In this document: positions 1 through 8,725 of the stretch, one piece after another
Layout: every line of letters starts with the position of its first letter
How positions within the stretch are numbered: the stretch's first letter is position 1
Position numbers and translations under genes: made by a program
Assembly: GCA_017546505.1 (NCBI GenBank)
Contig: JAFYWV010000031.1
Location: 9,871-73,870, forward strand
Reading direction: 5' to 3'
DNA length: 64,000 bases
Source: Bacteroidaceae bacterium
GTDB lineage: Bacteria > Bacteroidota > Bacteroidia > Bacteroidales > Bacteroidaceae
Notes under the pieces: model-generated
Told to the model about the DNA's origin: nothing
The model's database searches: none
Seen by the model: only the letters and a program-made list of their open reading frames with translations

Positions 1-2707
1 CCAATGATGTTGCCATCCTGGTCCTTGCAAACGTAGGCTATGATGCAGGCTTTTTCGAATACCCAGCCTGTTCCCTGTGGGTAGATACCGCCCTTGTTCA
101 GAGTGTTGGGGTTGGTAGCTACACGTTCCGACATAGGGTAGAGTGCATCGTTGCCTGTTTTGATGCTGAAATCTCCGCTACGGGTGTTGTATACGTTGGT
201 TAGCGTTATGCCATTGTTGCCCAAAGCTATTGGGGCTGTGGCGTTGCTGATGTAGCGTCCTGTTGTTGCGTTCTGCAGTTTGAATGTCTGGCCGGCATCG
301 GTTGTCGCGCAGTCGGTGAGCACCCAAACGTCGGCGCCATACTGCTGTTGTGCTGCTGTTACTTTACCATCGTTGTTGTCGTACATTGTCCAGCCCTTGA
401 AACGCTCGGTGTTGTTGATGATGCGGTAGGCTGTGCCCTCAACAGGGTAGTCGAACTCGATGCTTGGCTCGTCGGCTACCAATGGGCGGAACTCCCAGAT
501 ACCGCCGTTGCCATCGGCTGGGTCGCTCCAAAGGTTGATGGAGTGGTTCTGTCCCGGGCCTGCATAGTTGAGGCACATATTGCCGTTCGATACCTTTTGG
601 CTGCGTATGCTGTAGGTGTAGTTGTTGCCTTTCTGTGAGTATGCCTTGTCGCCGAGGATAAAGTCGTAGTGGCGGTTGTTCTCGTCATAGTCCCAACGGC
701 CTGTGTTGTTCTCGGCTGTCGGTGTGCCTTTTACCGAGCCGCCGGGCTTTGCTTTGTTGACAATTGCCCAACGCTGTGGGTTGGCCGGGTCTTGCATAAA
801 TGCCCATAGCTGGTAGTCATAGCCTGCATTGTTCTCATCCTCGATAACCTCGCTGTTCCACAAACGGCCGGCAGGGGCTGTGCCTGTCTTGTCGGCAATG
901 TTCATTCCTTCGCGCAACAGCTGTATGCAGCGGCCTGCGCGTACATCGGTGGCGGTTGTTACAAGGCGATACCAGGTCTTGCTTTCGTCGGTAGATGCCT
1001 TTGGCATTACCTTGTCGTCGTTGCTCTTGTTGTCAAGAATGTAGTGGCGGCCATAGTCGTAGTTGTTGTAGTTGAGCAAAAGGGTATCCTTTGTGATGCG
1101 CTCTTGGAAATCGCTGAAGTTCTTTTTTGCAGCGGGTGTCCAGCCTGTCTCGGCAATGGCTGTGAGGCGTGGCAGGGCAAGGTACTCGAGAAGGTCGTTG
1201 TGCTGTACGTGCTCGGCCCAGAATGTTCCTTGTACACCGACATAGTATTTATGTAGGTTGGTTGGAACGCTTGCCGGTATGGGGGCATAGTCATATACTG
1301 CCTTCACATTGTCTGTTCCGTAGCCGGCAACGGGTGGCTCATTGGCATCGGTGCTTTGGCGGCGGTTGATGTAGTAGGGCACCTGGGTGGTGATGATTGA
1401 TTTCATTCCATACTGTGCCGCCTTGAGTGCGCAGGGTTGTGCGTTGCCGATTTCCCAACACATCATTGTGCCGCCTGTGCCCTTGATGAGCTCCTCATCG
1501 GTGCCGCCTGCGGTGAGGCTCTCGTTCCACATAATTACGGTGCGCTTCTTGTCGCCCTGCTTTGATGTAACGTGGTCGGACAGTTTGCGTACAAAGTGTG
1601 ATTGTAACTGGCGTACATTTGTCAATCCAAGTTCCTGCATCATTGCCTGGCACTCGGCGTTGTTCTGCCAAGCGTTTGTTGGGGTCTCGTCGCCACCGAT
1701 GTGGATTTGGCTATAGGGGAATACCTCGATGATTTCGTCGAGTACATCTTTTGCGAACTGCAAAACCAGTGGGCTTGCAACATTGAGTACGTCGCTGAAG
1801 ATACCGCCGCTGATTTGCACGCTGTGTCCGGCATTGGGGTTGCAGCTGAGTTCGGGGTAGGCTGCGTTCACTGCGCAAGAGTGGCCGGGAAATTCAACCT
1901 CGGGCACAACCTCGATGTGGCGCTCGGCTGCGTATGCCACAATCTCGCGGCACTGCTCCTGGGTGTAGAAATATGGGCCGTAGGGCTCGCCTGTGTAGTA
2001 GCCGCCGTAGACGCGGTCTGTAATCCAGTTGTTGCTGCGTGTTGCACCGACAGTTGTAAGGCGTGGGTATTTCTTTACCTCGAAACGCCATCCCTGGTCG
2101 TCGGTGAGGTGCCAGTGGAAGCGGTTGAGTTTGTAGTATGACATAACGTCAATCATACGCTTTATCTGCTCGATGGAGAAGAAATGGCGGCTAACATCGA
2201 GCATAAAACCACGGTACTCAAAGCGTGGGGCATCGGTGATGCTTACTGTGGGGAGTGCATATTCGGTTACGTTGGCGTCCTTGACACCGGCCATAACGTT
2301 TGCAGGGAGCATCTTCTTGATACTTTGGAAAGCGTAGTAGAAACCGTTTGAGCAGGTTGCGCTGATGGCAATGCCGTTGGTTGTAATGTCCAGTGTGTAA
2401 CCCTCGCATCCCAAATCCTCGCTACCGTTGTAGAGCGACATTGTGATGAGCGCATCGGGTGCGTCGGCTTTCACCTGAACGGTGTAGCCTGTGACTGTTG
2501 CAAAATGATTTGCAAACTTCACAGCCTCGTTCGAGAGACTGTCGGGCAGTTCTCCGGTGGCGATTGTGAAATTCTGTGGCAAGACAAGAGTGCCGTTGCC
2601 TACCGTCATTCTCATTGGGGTAGGGGTAAGGTTGACTCTGTTGTCGGCCATTGTTATCATTGGCAAGCCGATGATAATTGCAAGCAGTAATAAAGTGATT
2701 TTTTTCA
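1..2707 (-). CDS. GH20 beta-N-acetylhexosaminidase with C-terminal ricin-type lectin-like repeats (C-terminus beyond window edge)
   Basis: Absent from the ORF track because it has no stop inside the window. My translation from the ATG at 2707 gives signal peptide MKKITLLLLAIIIGLPMITMA, then RGFMLDVSRHF, NRFHWHLTDDQGWR and IHIGGDE (GH20 catalytic motif). The distal part has repeated QLW/IWEF/VWVL beta-trefoil-like segments. Confidence 0.85.
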
Positions 2708-2752
2708 TATTATTTATGGTTTAGTTAATTCTTATCAAGCATTAATCTATAG

Positions 2753-3041
2753 TTTGCACGAGCTTTCATCTTTAACCACACTACGTGTGCTTGAACCTCG
2801 GCTGCACTCATTGCGTGTGTGAGCAAGCTCCCACCCACTCGTTTGCACGAGCTTTCACCTTTAACCACACTTCGTGTGATTGAACCTCGGCTGCACTCAT
2901 TGCGTGTGTGAGCAAGCTCCCACCCACTCGTTTGCACGAGCTTTCCGCTTTAACCACACTTCGTGTGCTTGAACCTCGGCTGCACTCATTGCGTGTGTGA
3001 GCAAGCTCCCACCCACTCGTTTGCACGAGCTTTCACCTTTT
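2753..3041. repeat. 89-bp tandem repeat, 3 full copies plus a 21-bp partial copy
   Basis: Units start at about 2753, 2842, 2931 and 3020, each beginning tttgcacgagctttc. Copies differ at only 3-5 positions. The array abuts the stop codon of the upstream gene (3041) and ends 45 bp before the GH20 start. Confidence 0.9.
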
Positions 3042-3685
3042 CAGTCCTCCTCGGGTTTAAGTGTAGGCAGGCAGATGTGGTATTTCACCGCTATTACGCG
3101 TGTGAGGAACACAGCTGTACCGCACGCCAGATGGGTGACCAATGCCGGCATTCCAAGCAGTGAACATAGTGCAAACGCAAGCCCACCGACAACGCAGGCC
3201 ATTGCATATATCTCCTTGCGGAATATGAGCGGTACTTCATTGATGAGCACGTCGCGTATCACGCCGCCTGCAGCACCTGTCATTGTACCCATAATGATAC
3301 CTACCCAAATGGGCAATCCGCAGTCAATGGTCTTTTGTATGCCCACAATGGTGAACAGTGCAAGACCAATGGCATCGAAGATGAAGAATGTGCTGTGCAT
3401 CCTTATAAGGTACTTGCGAAAGATTATTACCCACAGCAGGGCAAATCCTGTACAGGCAAGATAGAAACCGTCGTGCATCCAGAATACAGGGACATCGAGC
3501 ATTACATCGCGCAGTGTACCGCCACCGATGGCAGTGGCTGCACCCACCACGTAAGCACCGAACCAGTCGAAACGTTTGGCCGATGCAAGGCGTATACCGC
3601 TTATGGCAAATGCAAACGTTCCCACAAAATCAATGATTTGCAGGAATGTTATGTTTCTGAACCAATCAATAAAAGTTTCAATCAT
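3041..3685 (-). CDS. Trimeric intracellular cation channel (TRIC)/UPF0126 family membrane protein (YadS-like)
   Basis: 214 aa and polytopic. Duplicated glycine motifs AIGGGTLRDV and GAAGGVIRDV are typical of the two UPF0126 repeats. Confidence 0.75.
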   Translation of the reverse strand: MIETFIDWFRNITFLQIIDFVGTFAFAISGIRLASAKRFDWFGAYVVGAATAIGGGTLRDVMLDVPVFWMHDGFYLACTGFALLWVIIFRKYLIRMHSTFFIFDAIGLALFTIVGIQKTIDCGLPIWVGIIMGTMTGAAGGVIRDVLINEVPLIFRKEIYAMACVVGGLAFALCSLLGMPALVTHLACGTAVFLTRVIAVKYHICLPTLKPEED

Positions 3686-3810
3686 CTCAAATCTTGAATT
3701 AGTTTGTCGGTTGCCGTGCGAACGGCATACACCTATTATATTGCAAATTTATAAATAAAAATGAGCTGTGCACAATTATGTGCGGTCAATGTGAAAAAAA
3801 GAGTAGAAAA

Positions 3811-3842
3811 TTTGCATCCCGAAGATAAAGGCTTTATATTTG
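3811..3842 (+). promoter_or_regulatory. Bacteroidetes sigma-A type promoter (TTTG-N20-TAtaTTTG) for the SPFH gene
   Basis: TTTG at 3811-3814, a 20-nt spacer, then TATATTTG at 3835-3842, 37 nt upstream of the ATG at 3879. Confidence 0.55.
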
Positions 3843-3878
3843 TGATATCAAAATAGTATCATTTTAAAACTAATAGCT

Positions 3879-4778
3879 ATGAACGACGTGAATGTAAAGG
3901 TTCAGGGTGCCGAGAAATTCATTAACCCTGCAAGTGGATGGTTGACTCTTTTCTTGTCGCTTACCGGTTTTGTTGCGGGTATAGCCGTACCTGCAACAAT
4001 GCTTGGCAATGGATACAGCGACTGGTGGGCGCTTATGTTTGTGCTGCCGGTAGTGTGTGTCATCTTCCTGTGTGGCCTTTTTGTGGTGAACCCCAATGAG
4101 AGCACAGTGATAACATTCTTTGGACAGTATGAGGGCACAGTGGTGAAGAACGGCTTTTTCTACTACAATCCCTTTGCTACAAAAAAGAGTATCTCTTTGC
4201 GTGCCCGTAACCTCAACGGCGAGCCAATCAAGGTGAACGACCTGATGGGTAACCCAATAATGATTGGCGTGGTGCTTGTGTGGAGGGTTAAGGATACGTT
4301 CAAGGCTTCGTTTGAGGTAGATGACTATTCACGCTTTGTCGATGTGCAGAGCGAGGCTGCCATACGTAACCTTGCAGGTGCCTATCCGTATGACAATCTT
4401 GAGAACGAGGATGCAAGCATAACACTGCGCAATGGTGGCGAGGAGGTGAACGAACTGCTTGAGAAATCGCTTGCCGAGCGTCTTGCCATTGCCGGCATTG
4501 AGGTGATGGAGGCACGTATCAGCTATCTTGCCTATGCGCCCGAGATTGCCAGCGCAATGTTGCAGCGTCAACAGGCTACCGCAATGGTGGCTGCACGTCA
4601 CAAGATTGTAGAGGGCGCTGTGGGGATGGTGCAGATGGCTCTTGAGCAGCTCTCGGAGAAGGAGATTATCGAGCTCGACGAGGAGAAAAAGGCTGCTATG
4701 GTGAGCAATCTGATGGTGGTGCTTACAAGTGACCGTGCTGCCACACCTGTGGTGAATACAGGTACGTTGTACCAATAA
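3879..4778 (+). CDS. SPFH/band-7 (stomatin/prohibitin-like) domain protein
   Basis: 299 aa. Two N-terminal TM helices are followed by a band-7 core ([11 protein letters not shown] ... [23 protein letters not shown]). Confidence 0.85.
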   Translation: MNDVNVKVQGAEKFINPASGWLTLFLSLTGFVAGIAVPATMLGNGYSDWWALMFVLPVVCVIFLCGLFVVNPNESTVITFFGQYEGTVVKNGFFYYNPFATKKSISLRARNLNGEPIKVNDLMGNPIMIGVVLVWRVKDTFKASFEVDDYSRFVDVQSEAAIRNLAGAYPYDNLENEDASITLRNGGEEVNELLEKSLAERLAIAGIEVMEARISYLAYAPEIASAMLQRQQATAMVAARHKIVEGAVGMVQMALEQLSEKEIIELDEEKKAAMVSNLMVVLTSDRAATPVVNTGTLYQ

Positions 4779-4791
4779 AAACGCTGCGTGT

Positions 4792-4980
4792 ATGGCAAAA
4801 GATAAGAAATCTTTTGTTTTGAGGATAAATGGCGAAACTATGTCGGCGCTCGAGCGGTGGGCTGCCGACGAGTTTCGCAGTGTCAACGGGCAGTTGGAAT
4901 TCCTGATAACGGATGCTCTGAGAAAGGCCGGCCGTTTGAAGCCCGGCTGCGCTGAAGGAGAGAATGAAAATGTAAACTGA
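4792..4980 (+). CDS. Arc/MetJ-type ribbon-helix-helix DNA-binding protein
   Basis: 62 aa. Beta strand KSFVLRI is followed by two helices ([30 protein letters not shown]). It lies 13 nt after the SPFH stop. Confidence 0.6.
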   Translation: MAKDKKSFVLRINGETMSALERWAADEFRSVNGQLEFLITDALRKAGRLKPGCAEGENENVN

Positions 4981-4985
4981 TTGTT

Positions 4986-5303
4986 ATGGATGGATTGCTG
5001 AATTTTTTTACTGCATTTGTGCTTGTGCTTTTTGCCGTGGTTGTGCTTTTTGGCAAGGCCGATGGTTTGATGGTAAAGTATAAACTCACTTTTAAGGAGG
5101 GCAAGCCGGCGTTTGTGAAATATCGCAGATATGATGCAAAGCGCACCCGTCCATTTTTTGCATCCATTCTCTTTTTGTCGGCTGTTTTCATTGTGTTGGA
5201 GTATGTTTTCCGTCCAATGCCCGAGTGGGTAGCATTGGTTCTCTTGGCTGTGGTTGCGCCCATTGCGTTTTATATGGAAATAAAGTGTCGGAAAAAAGAG
5301 TAG
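4986..5303 (+). CDS. Small 3-4 TM membrane protein (DUF3784-like)
   Basis: 105 aa. Hydrophobic helices flank a basic loop GKADGLMVKYKLTFKEGKPAFVKYRRYDAKR. It lies 5 nt after the RHH gene. Confidence 0.5.
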   Translation: MDGLLNFFTAFVLVLFAVVVLFGKADGLMVKYKLTFKEGKPAFVKYRRYDAKRTRPFFASILFLSAVFIVLEYVFRPMPEWVALVLLAVVAPIAFYMEIKCRKKE

Positions 5304-5350
5304 CAGTGTCTCTTTTGACGTTATAGATATTGTGGTATTTGTTTTTTTAT

Positions 5351-5358
5351 TATCTTCG
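5351..5358 (+). promoter_or_regulatory. -7 promoter box variant TAtcTTCG upstream of nadA
   Basis: tTATCTTCGcc lies 30 nt upstream of the ATG at 5388. The same 9-mer recurs upstream of other genes in this window. No good -33 TTTG at the expected spacing. Confidence 0.35.
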
Positions 5359-5387
5359 CCAAAGTAATCAAGTAAATTGTTGCAGTT

Positions 5388-6368
5388 ATGATAAAACAGG
5401 AGTGGATAGAGAAAGGATATATAAATGAAACAGTCCCCGAGGGGATTGACCTGAAAGCTGAAATACGCCGTTTGTGCAAGGAGAAGAATGCAGTTGTGCT
5501 TGCGCACTATTACACCGATGCTACAATACAGGACGTTGCCGATTTTGTCGGTGACAGTCTTGCGCTTGCGCAGATTGCCGAGAAAACCACGGCCGATATT
5601 CTGGTGATGTGTGGTGTGCATTTTATGGCCGAGACGAACAAGATTCTTTCGCCCGAGAAGAAGGTGCTTATCCCCGACCTCAATGCAGGCTGCTCGCTTG
5701 CCGAGAGTTGCCCGGCCGAGGAACTGGCAAAGTTCAAGGCGCTTCATCCCAACCATAAGGTGGTGGCTTATGTGAACACGTCGGCAGCGGTGAAGGCATT
5801 GACGGATATTGTGGTGACATCTACCAATGCACGTGCCATTGTGGAGAGCTTTCCAAAGGACGAGAAGATTATCTTTGCCCCCGACAAGAATTTGGGCGGT
5901 TACTTGAATGCAGTTACCCATCGCAATATGTTGCTGTGGAATGGTGGTTGCCACGTTCACGAACAGTTCTCCATTGAAAAGATTGTGGAACTGAAGGCTA
6001 CACACCCCGGTGCAAAGGTGCTTGCCCATCCCGAGTGCAAGAGTGGCGTGCTTGCGCTTGCCGACTTCATCGGCTCAACAGCGGCAATCCTGTCGTTTGC
6101 CGAGAAGGACGCGGCAACGGAATTTATTGTGGCAACCGAGAGCGGTATACTGCACGAGATGACAAAACGATGCCCTGGCAAGGTATTCATCCCCGTGCCG
6201 CCAACAACGGGCCCCTGCGCTTGTAACGAGTGTGCCTATATGCGCTTGAATACGCTCGAGAAACTCTACAACACTCTAAAATATGAGTGGCCGGTGGTTG
6301 AACTCGACGAGGAACTGCGCACCCAGGCAAAGAAACCTATTGTGAGGATGTTGGAATTGTCGAAGTAA
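5388..6368 (+). CDS. nadA: Quinolinate synthase
   Basis: 326 aa, with VLAHYY, VHFMAETNKIL, NAGCSLAESC, ECK and CACNECAYM motifs of NadA type II. Confidence 0.95.
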   Translation: MIKQEWIEKGYINETVPEGIDLKAEIRRLCKEKNAVVLAHYYTDATIQDVADFVGDSLALAQIAEKTTADILVMCGVHFMAETNKILSPEKKVLIPDLNAGCSLAESCPAEELAKFKALHPNHKVVAYVNTSAAVKALTDIVVTSTNARAIVESFPKDEKIIFAPDKNLGGYLNAVTHRNMLLWNGGCHVHEQFSIEKIVELKATHPGAKVLAHPECKSGVLALADFIGSTAAILSFAEKDAATEFIVATESGILHEMTKRCPGKVFIPVPPTTGPCACNECAYMRLNTLEKLYNTLKYEWPVVELDEELRTQAKKPIVRMLELSK

Positions 6369-6378
6369 GGTTGACATT

Positions 6379-6424
6379 AAATAACGGAAAAAGGAAAGCT
6401 GTTGCTTTCCTTTTTCCGTTATTT
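6379..6424. terminator. Bidirectional intrinsic terminator between convergent nadA and hydrolase genes
   Basis: Perfect 21-bp stem aaataacggaaaaaggaaagc / gctttcctttttccgttattt with loop tgtt. It overlaps the hydrolase stop codon. Confidence 0.7.
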
Positions 6425-7357
6425 AATGAACTTGACTATTGGTGTAACCAGTTCGCTCTTTACCGGCAGGTCGGCGTTCGTGTATGTTGCCATCTGTGAC
6501 ATTGCATCATTGGTGTCGCACTGCTTGAGCACGTGGTTCATATCCTTTATTATATACAGCTCTGAGTGCGGTTGTGCAGCGTGGAGTTTTTCGGCCTCCT
6601 CAACACCCACCTGTATGTCCCTGTCGCCCTGAAGAATGAGTACAGGAATATAAAGTTTTGCAATCTCCTCGGCAGGGTTGTAGGCAAACCAGGAGATGAG
6701 ATAAGGCTGTACGCTTGGGCGGTAGAGTGCCGAGAGATAGAATGGTATCTGTTCTACGGTGCGCCCCTCGCGCAGCTCCTTGCATATTGCAGCCGACTCC
6801 TGCTGTATCTGTGCCGGCTGGCCCTGTAGCTGCTTCTCAAGGATTTCATATGCAGGGCTTCCGCAACCGGCTATCGATATGTATGCTTTCACCGCCTTGC
6901 TACGGCCTGCAGCAACCATCCCAATGAGCGACCCCTCGCTGTGTCCGGCAATGACGACCTTGTCGAAACGTTTGTCTGCAGCAAGTTTGTCGCTCCAGGC
7001 TGTGGCATCGTCAATGTAGTGGTCAAAACGCAAATCCTCCTCTTTGGTGCCGGCTGCACTGCTTTTGCCAATGCCGCGCTTGTCGTATCGCACCGTTGCA
7101 ATGCCGTTGGCGGCAAGCTCCTTTGCAAGGTACAGGAGTGAGTTGTTTGTCATCCCTGTTCCAATGCTGTTGCCGTTCATATCGGTGGGGCCGCTGCCGG
7201 CAATTATAAGTACAACCGGGCAGGGAGTGCTACAGTCGGGCAACATAAGCTTGCCGTGTATCTCGCCTGTAGGGGTGTTGAGGGTGATATCCTCTTCAAC
7301 GGCATAAAGTGCCGCTGTGAACAGTAATGATATAAGGAGTGATAATAGGCGTTTCAT
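6419..7357 (-). CDS. Secreted alpha/beta-fold serine hydrolase
   Basis: The ORF-track start at 7513 overlaps ddl. The internal ATG at 7357 gives signal peptide MKRLLSLLISLLFTAALYA. The nucleophile elbow is GHSEGS, and PVVLIIAGSGPTDMNGN is present. Confidence 0.8.
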   Translation of the reverse strand: MKRLLSLLISLLFTAALYAVEEDITLNTPTGEIHGKLMLPDCSTPCPVVLIIAGSGPTDMNGNSIGTGMTNNSLLYLAKELAANGIATVRYDKRGIGKSSAAGTKEEDLRFDHYIDDATAWSDKLAADKRFDKVVIAGHSEGSLIGMVAAGRSKAVKAYISIAGCGSPAYEILEKQLQGQPAQIQQESAAICKELREGRTVEQIPFYLSALYRPSVQPYLISWFAYNPAEEIAKLYIPVLILQGDRDIQVGVEEAEKLHAAQPHSELYIIKDMNHVLKQCDTNDAMSQMATYTNADLPVKSELVTPIVKFIK

Positions 7358-7439
7358 AAACGGTTGGTTTTTAAAAGCCACAAAGGCTATAATGTACAAA
7401 GGCAGAGCACGTGTCTGTCTTTGTATTGTTGATGTTACA

Positions 7440-8651
7440 TTACATTTTGCAGCCGAACTTGCCGCCGCCCATCTTGCCGCCTGTCTTTGCACCACCGGTG
7501 CTCTTGGCAGCAAAGATGTTCTCGCCGTAGTTTACAGCCTTGAAACCGGCATCTTGCTTGCGGCGGAAGGCAATCTCAATGAGCTTGTCAATGAGCCCGG
7601 TGAAATTGATACCGCTGTACTCCCACAAGTAGAACGAGAGTGAGCCGGGGATGGTGTTGATTTCATTGACGAATATCTCGCTTGTAGCCTCGTCAATGAT
7701 AAAGTCGATGCGTGCCACACCGTCGCAAGAGAGTGCGCGGAATGTGTCGCAAGCCGCTTTTTGTATGAACTCGGTGCTTTCCTTTGGCAGGTTGGCAGGG
7801 ATTTCGCGCACTGTCGATTGCATACCCTGTGACTGCTTGCCGCCACCGTTCATATATTTGTCCTGGTAAGAGAGAATCTCACCGCTGCGTACAGGAACCT
7901 CACAAACCGATGGCTGGCACTCATAGTAGTTGCCAAGCACAGCACAGTTCACCTCCTTGAGCTTCTGTACATACTTTTCAATGATTACACGGCTGGTGAA
8001 AGAGATGGCGTAGTCTACGGCATCGAGCAACTCCTCGCGGTTGTGTGCCGCGCGTATGCCCACACTTGAACCGCTGTTGGCCGGCTTGACAATGACGGGG
8101 TAGCCCAGTTTCTCTTCAATGCCGGCAATTGTGCTATCCTGCTTGTCGCTCCACTCCTTGTCGCTGAACCAGTAGTAGTCGATAACAGGTATGCCGCACT
8201 CCTTGAGAATCATCTTCATTGTAATCTTGTCCATACCGTTAGCCGATGCAAGGGTGTTGCAACCGGTGTAGGGTATGCCCGAGAACTCCATTACGCCCTG
8301 GAATGTGCCATCCTCGCAGTTTGTACCGTGCAGCGCGGGAAGAATAACGTCAAGGCGTGTGACAACCTCCTTTTGGAAAAGTCCCTTTTTTGTACGGTAG
8401 AGGTTGGTGTCGCCATAGATGGGCTTCATATACACCTCCTCGCACATTGAGAGCAGTCTCTTTGTGTCGCGGTAGTTGGCAACATTGAGCAGTGCCTCGC
8501 CTGTGTACCATTTGCCCTCCTTTGTGATGTATATCGGGGTTATGTCATATTTTTCCTTGTCCATTGCAGCCATTGCCTGATTGGCTGTGATTACTGAAAT
8601 CTCGTTCTCGACGGAGCGCCCGCCAAAAACAACGCCTACGTTTGTTTTCAT
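7440..8651 (-). CDS. ddl: D-alanine--D-alanine ligase family ATP-grasp enzyme, long form with an omega-loop insertion and a Gly/Lys-rich C-terminal tail
   Basis: 403 aa with VVFGGRSVENEISV, LHGTNCEDGTFQG, IVKPANSGSSVG, SYQDKY and VNEINTIPG motifs. Atypical features are 20 residues between KY and PA (MNGGGKQSQGMQSTVREIPA) and the tail AAKSTGGAKTGGKMGGGKFGCKM. Confidence 0.8.
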   Translation of the reverse strand: MKTNVGVVFGGRSVENEISVITANQAMAAMDKEKYDITPIYITKEGKWYTGEALLNVANYRDTKRLLSMCEEVYMKPIYGDTNLYRTKKGLFQKEVVTRLDVILPALHGTNCEDGTFQGVMEFSGIPYTGCNTLASANGMDKITMKMILKECGIPVIDYYWFSDKEWSDKQDSTIAGIEEKLGYPVIVKPANSGSSVGIRAAHNREELLDAVDYAISFTSRVIIEKYVQKLKEVNCAVLGNYYECQPSVCEVPVRSGEILSYQDKYMNGGGKQSQGMQSTVREIPANLPKESTEFIQKAACDTFRALSCDGVARIDFIIDEATSEIFVNEINTIPGSLSFYLWEYSGINFTGLIDKLIEIAFRRKQDAGFKAVNYGENIFAAKSTGGAKTGGKMGGGKFGCKM

Positions 8652-8725
8652 TGCTTTATGTTTGTTTTTGTTTTGTTCTAATTCAAAATGCCTAAAAGGG
8701 CGTAAAGGGTTAAAAGGGTGGCGGT

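Noticed and set aside
2725-3026. Two overlapping 70-72 aa minus-strand ORFs (MQTSGWELAHTRNECSRGS...)
   Set aside because: They lie wholly inside the 89-bp tandem repeat. The unit length is not a multiple of 3, so the similar peptides are by-products of the DNA repeat rather than a coding repeat.
2753-3041. Possible CRISPR array
   Set aside because: The repeats are directly adjacent 89-bp units with no unique spacers, and no cas genes lie nearby. This is a plain tandem repeat.
4329-6029. 566-aa minus-strand ORF, the longest in this region
   Set aside because: It runs antisense across four well-supported plus-strand genes (the SPFH end, the RHH gene, the membrane protein and nadA). Its translation is low-complexity and rich in His, Cys, Arg and Leu, with no recognisable motif. 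This is a typical shadow ORF.
7358-7513. N-terminal 52-aa extension of the secreted hydrolase ORF (track start 7513)
   Set aside because: The extension overlaps the 3' end of the ddl gene and precedes a perfect signal peptide that starts at the internal ATG (7357).
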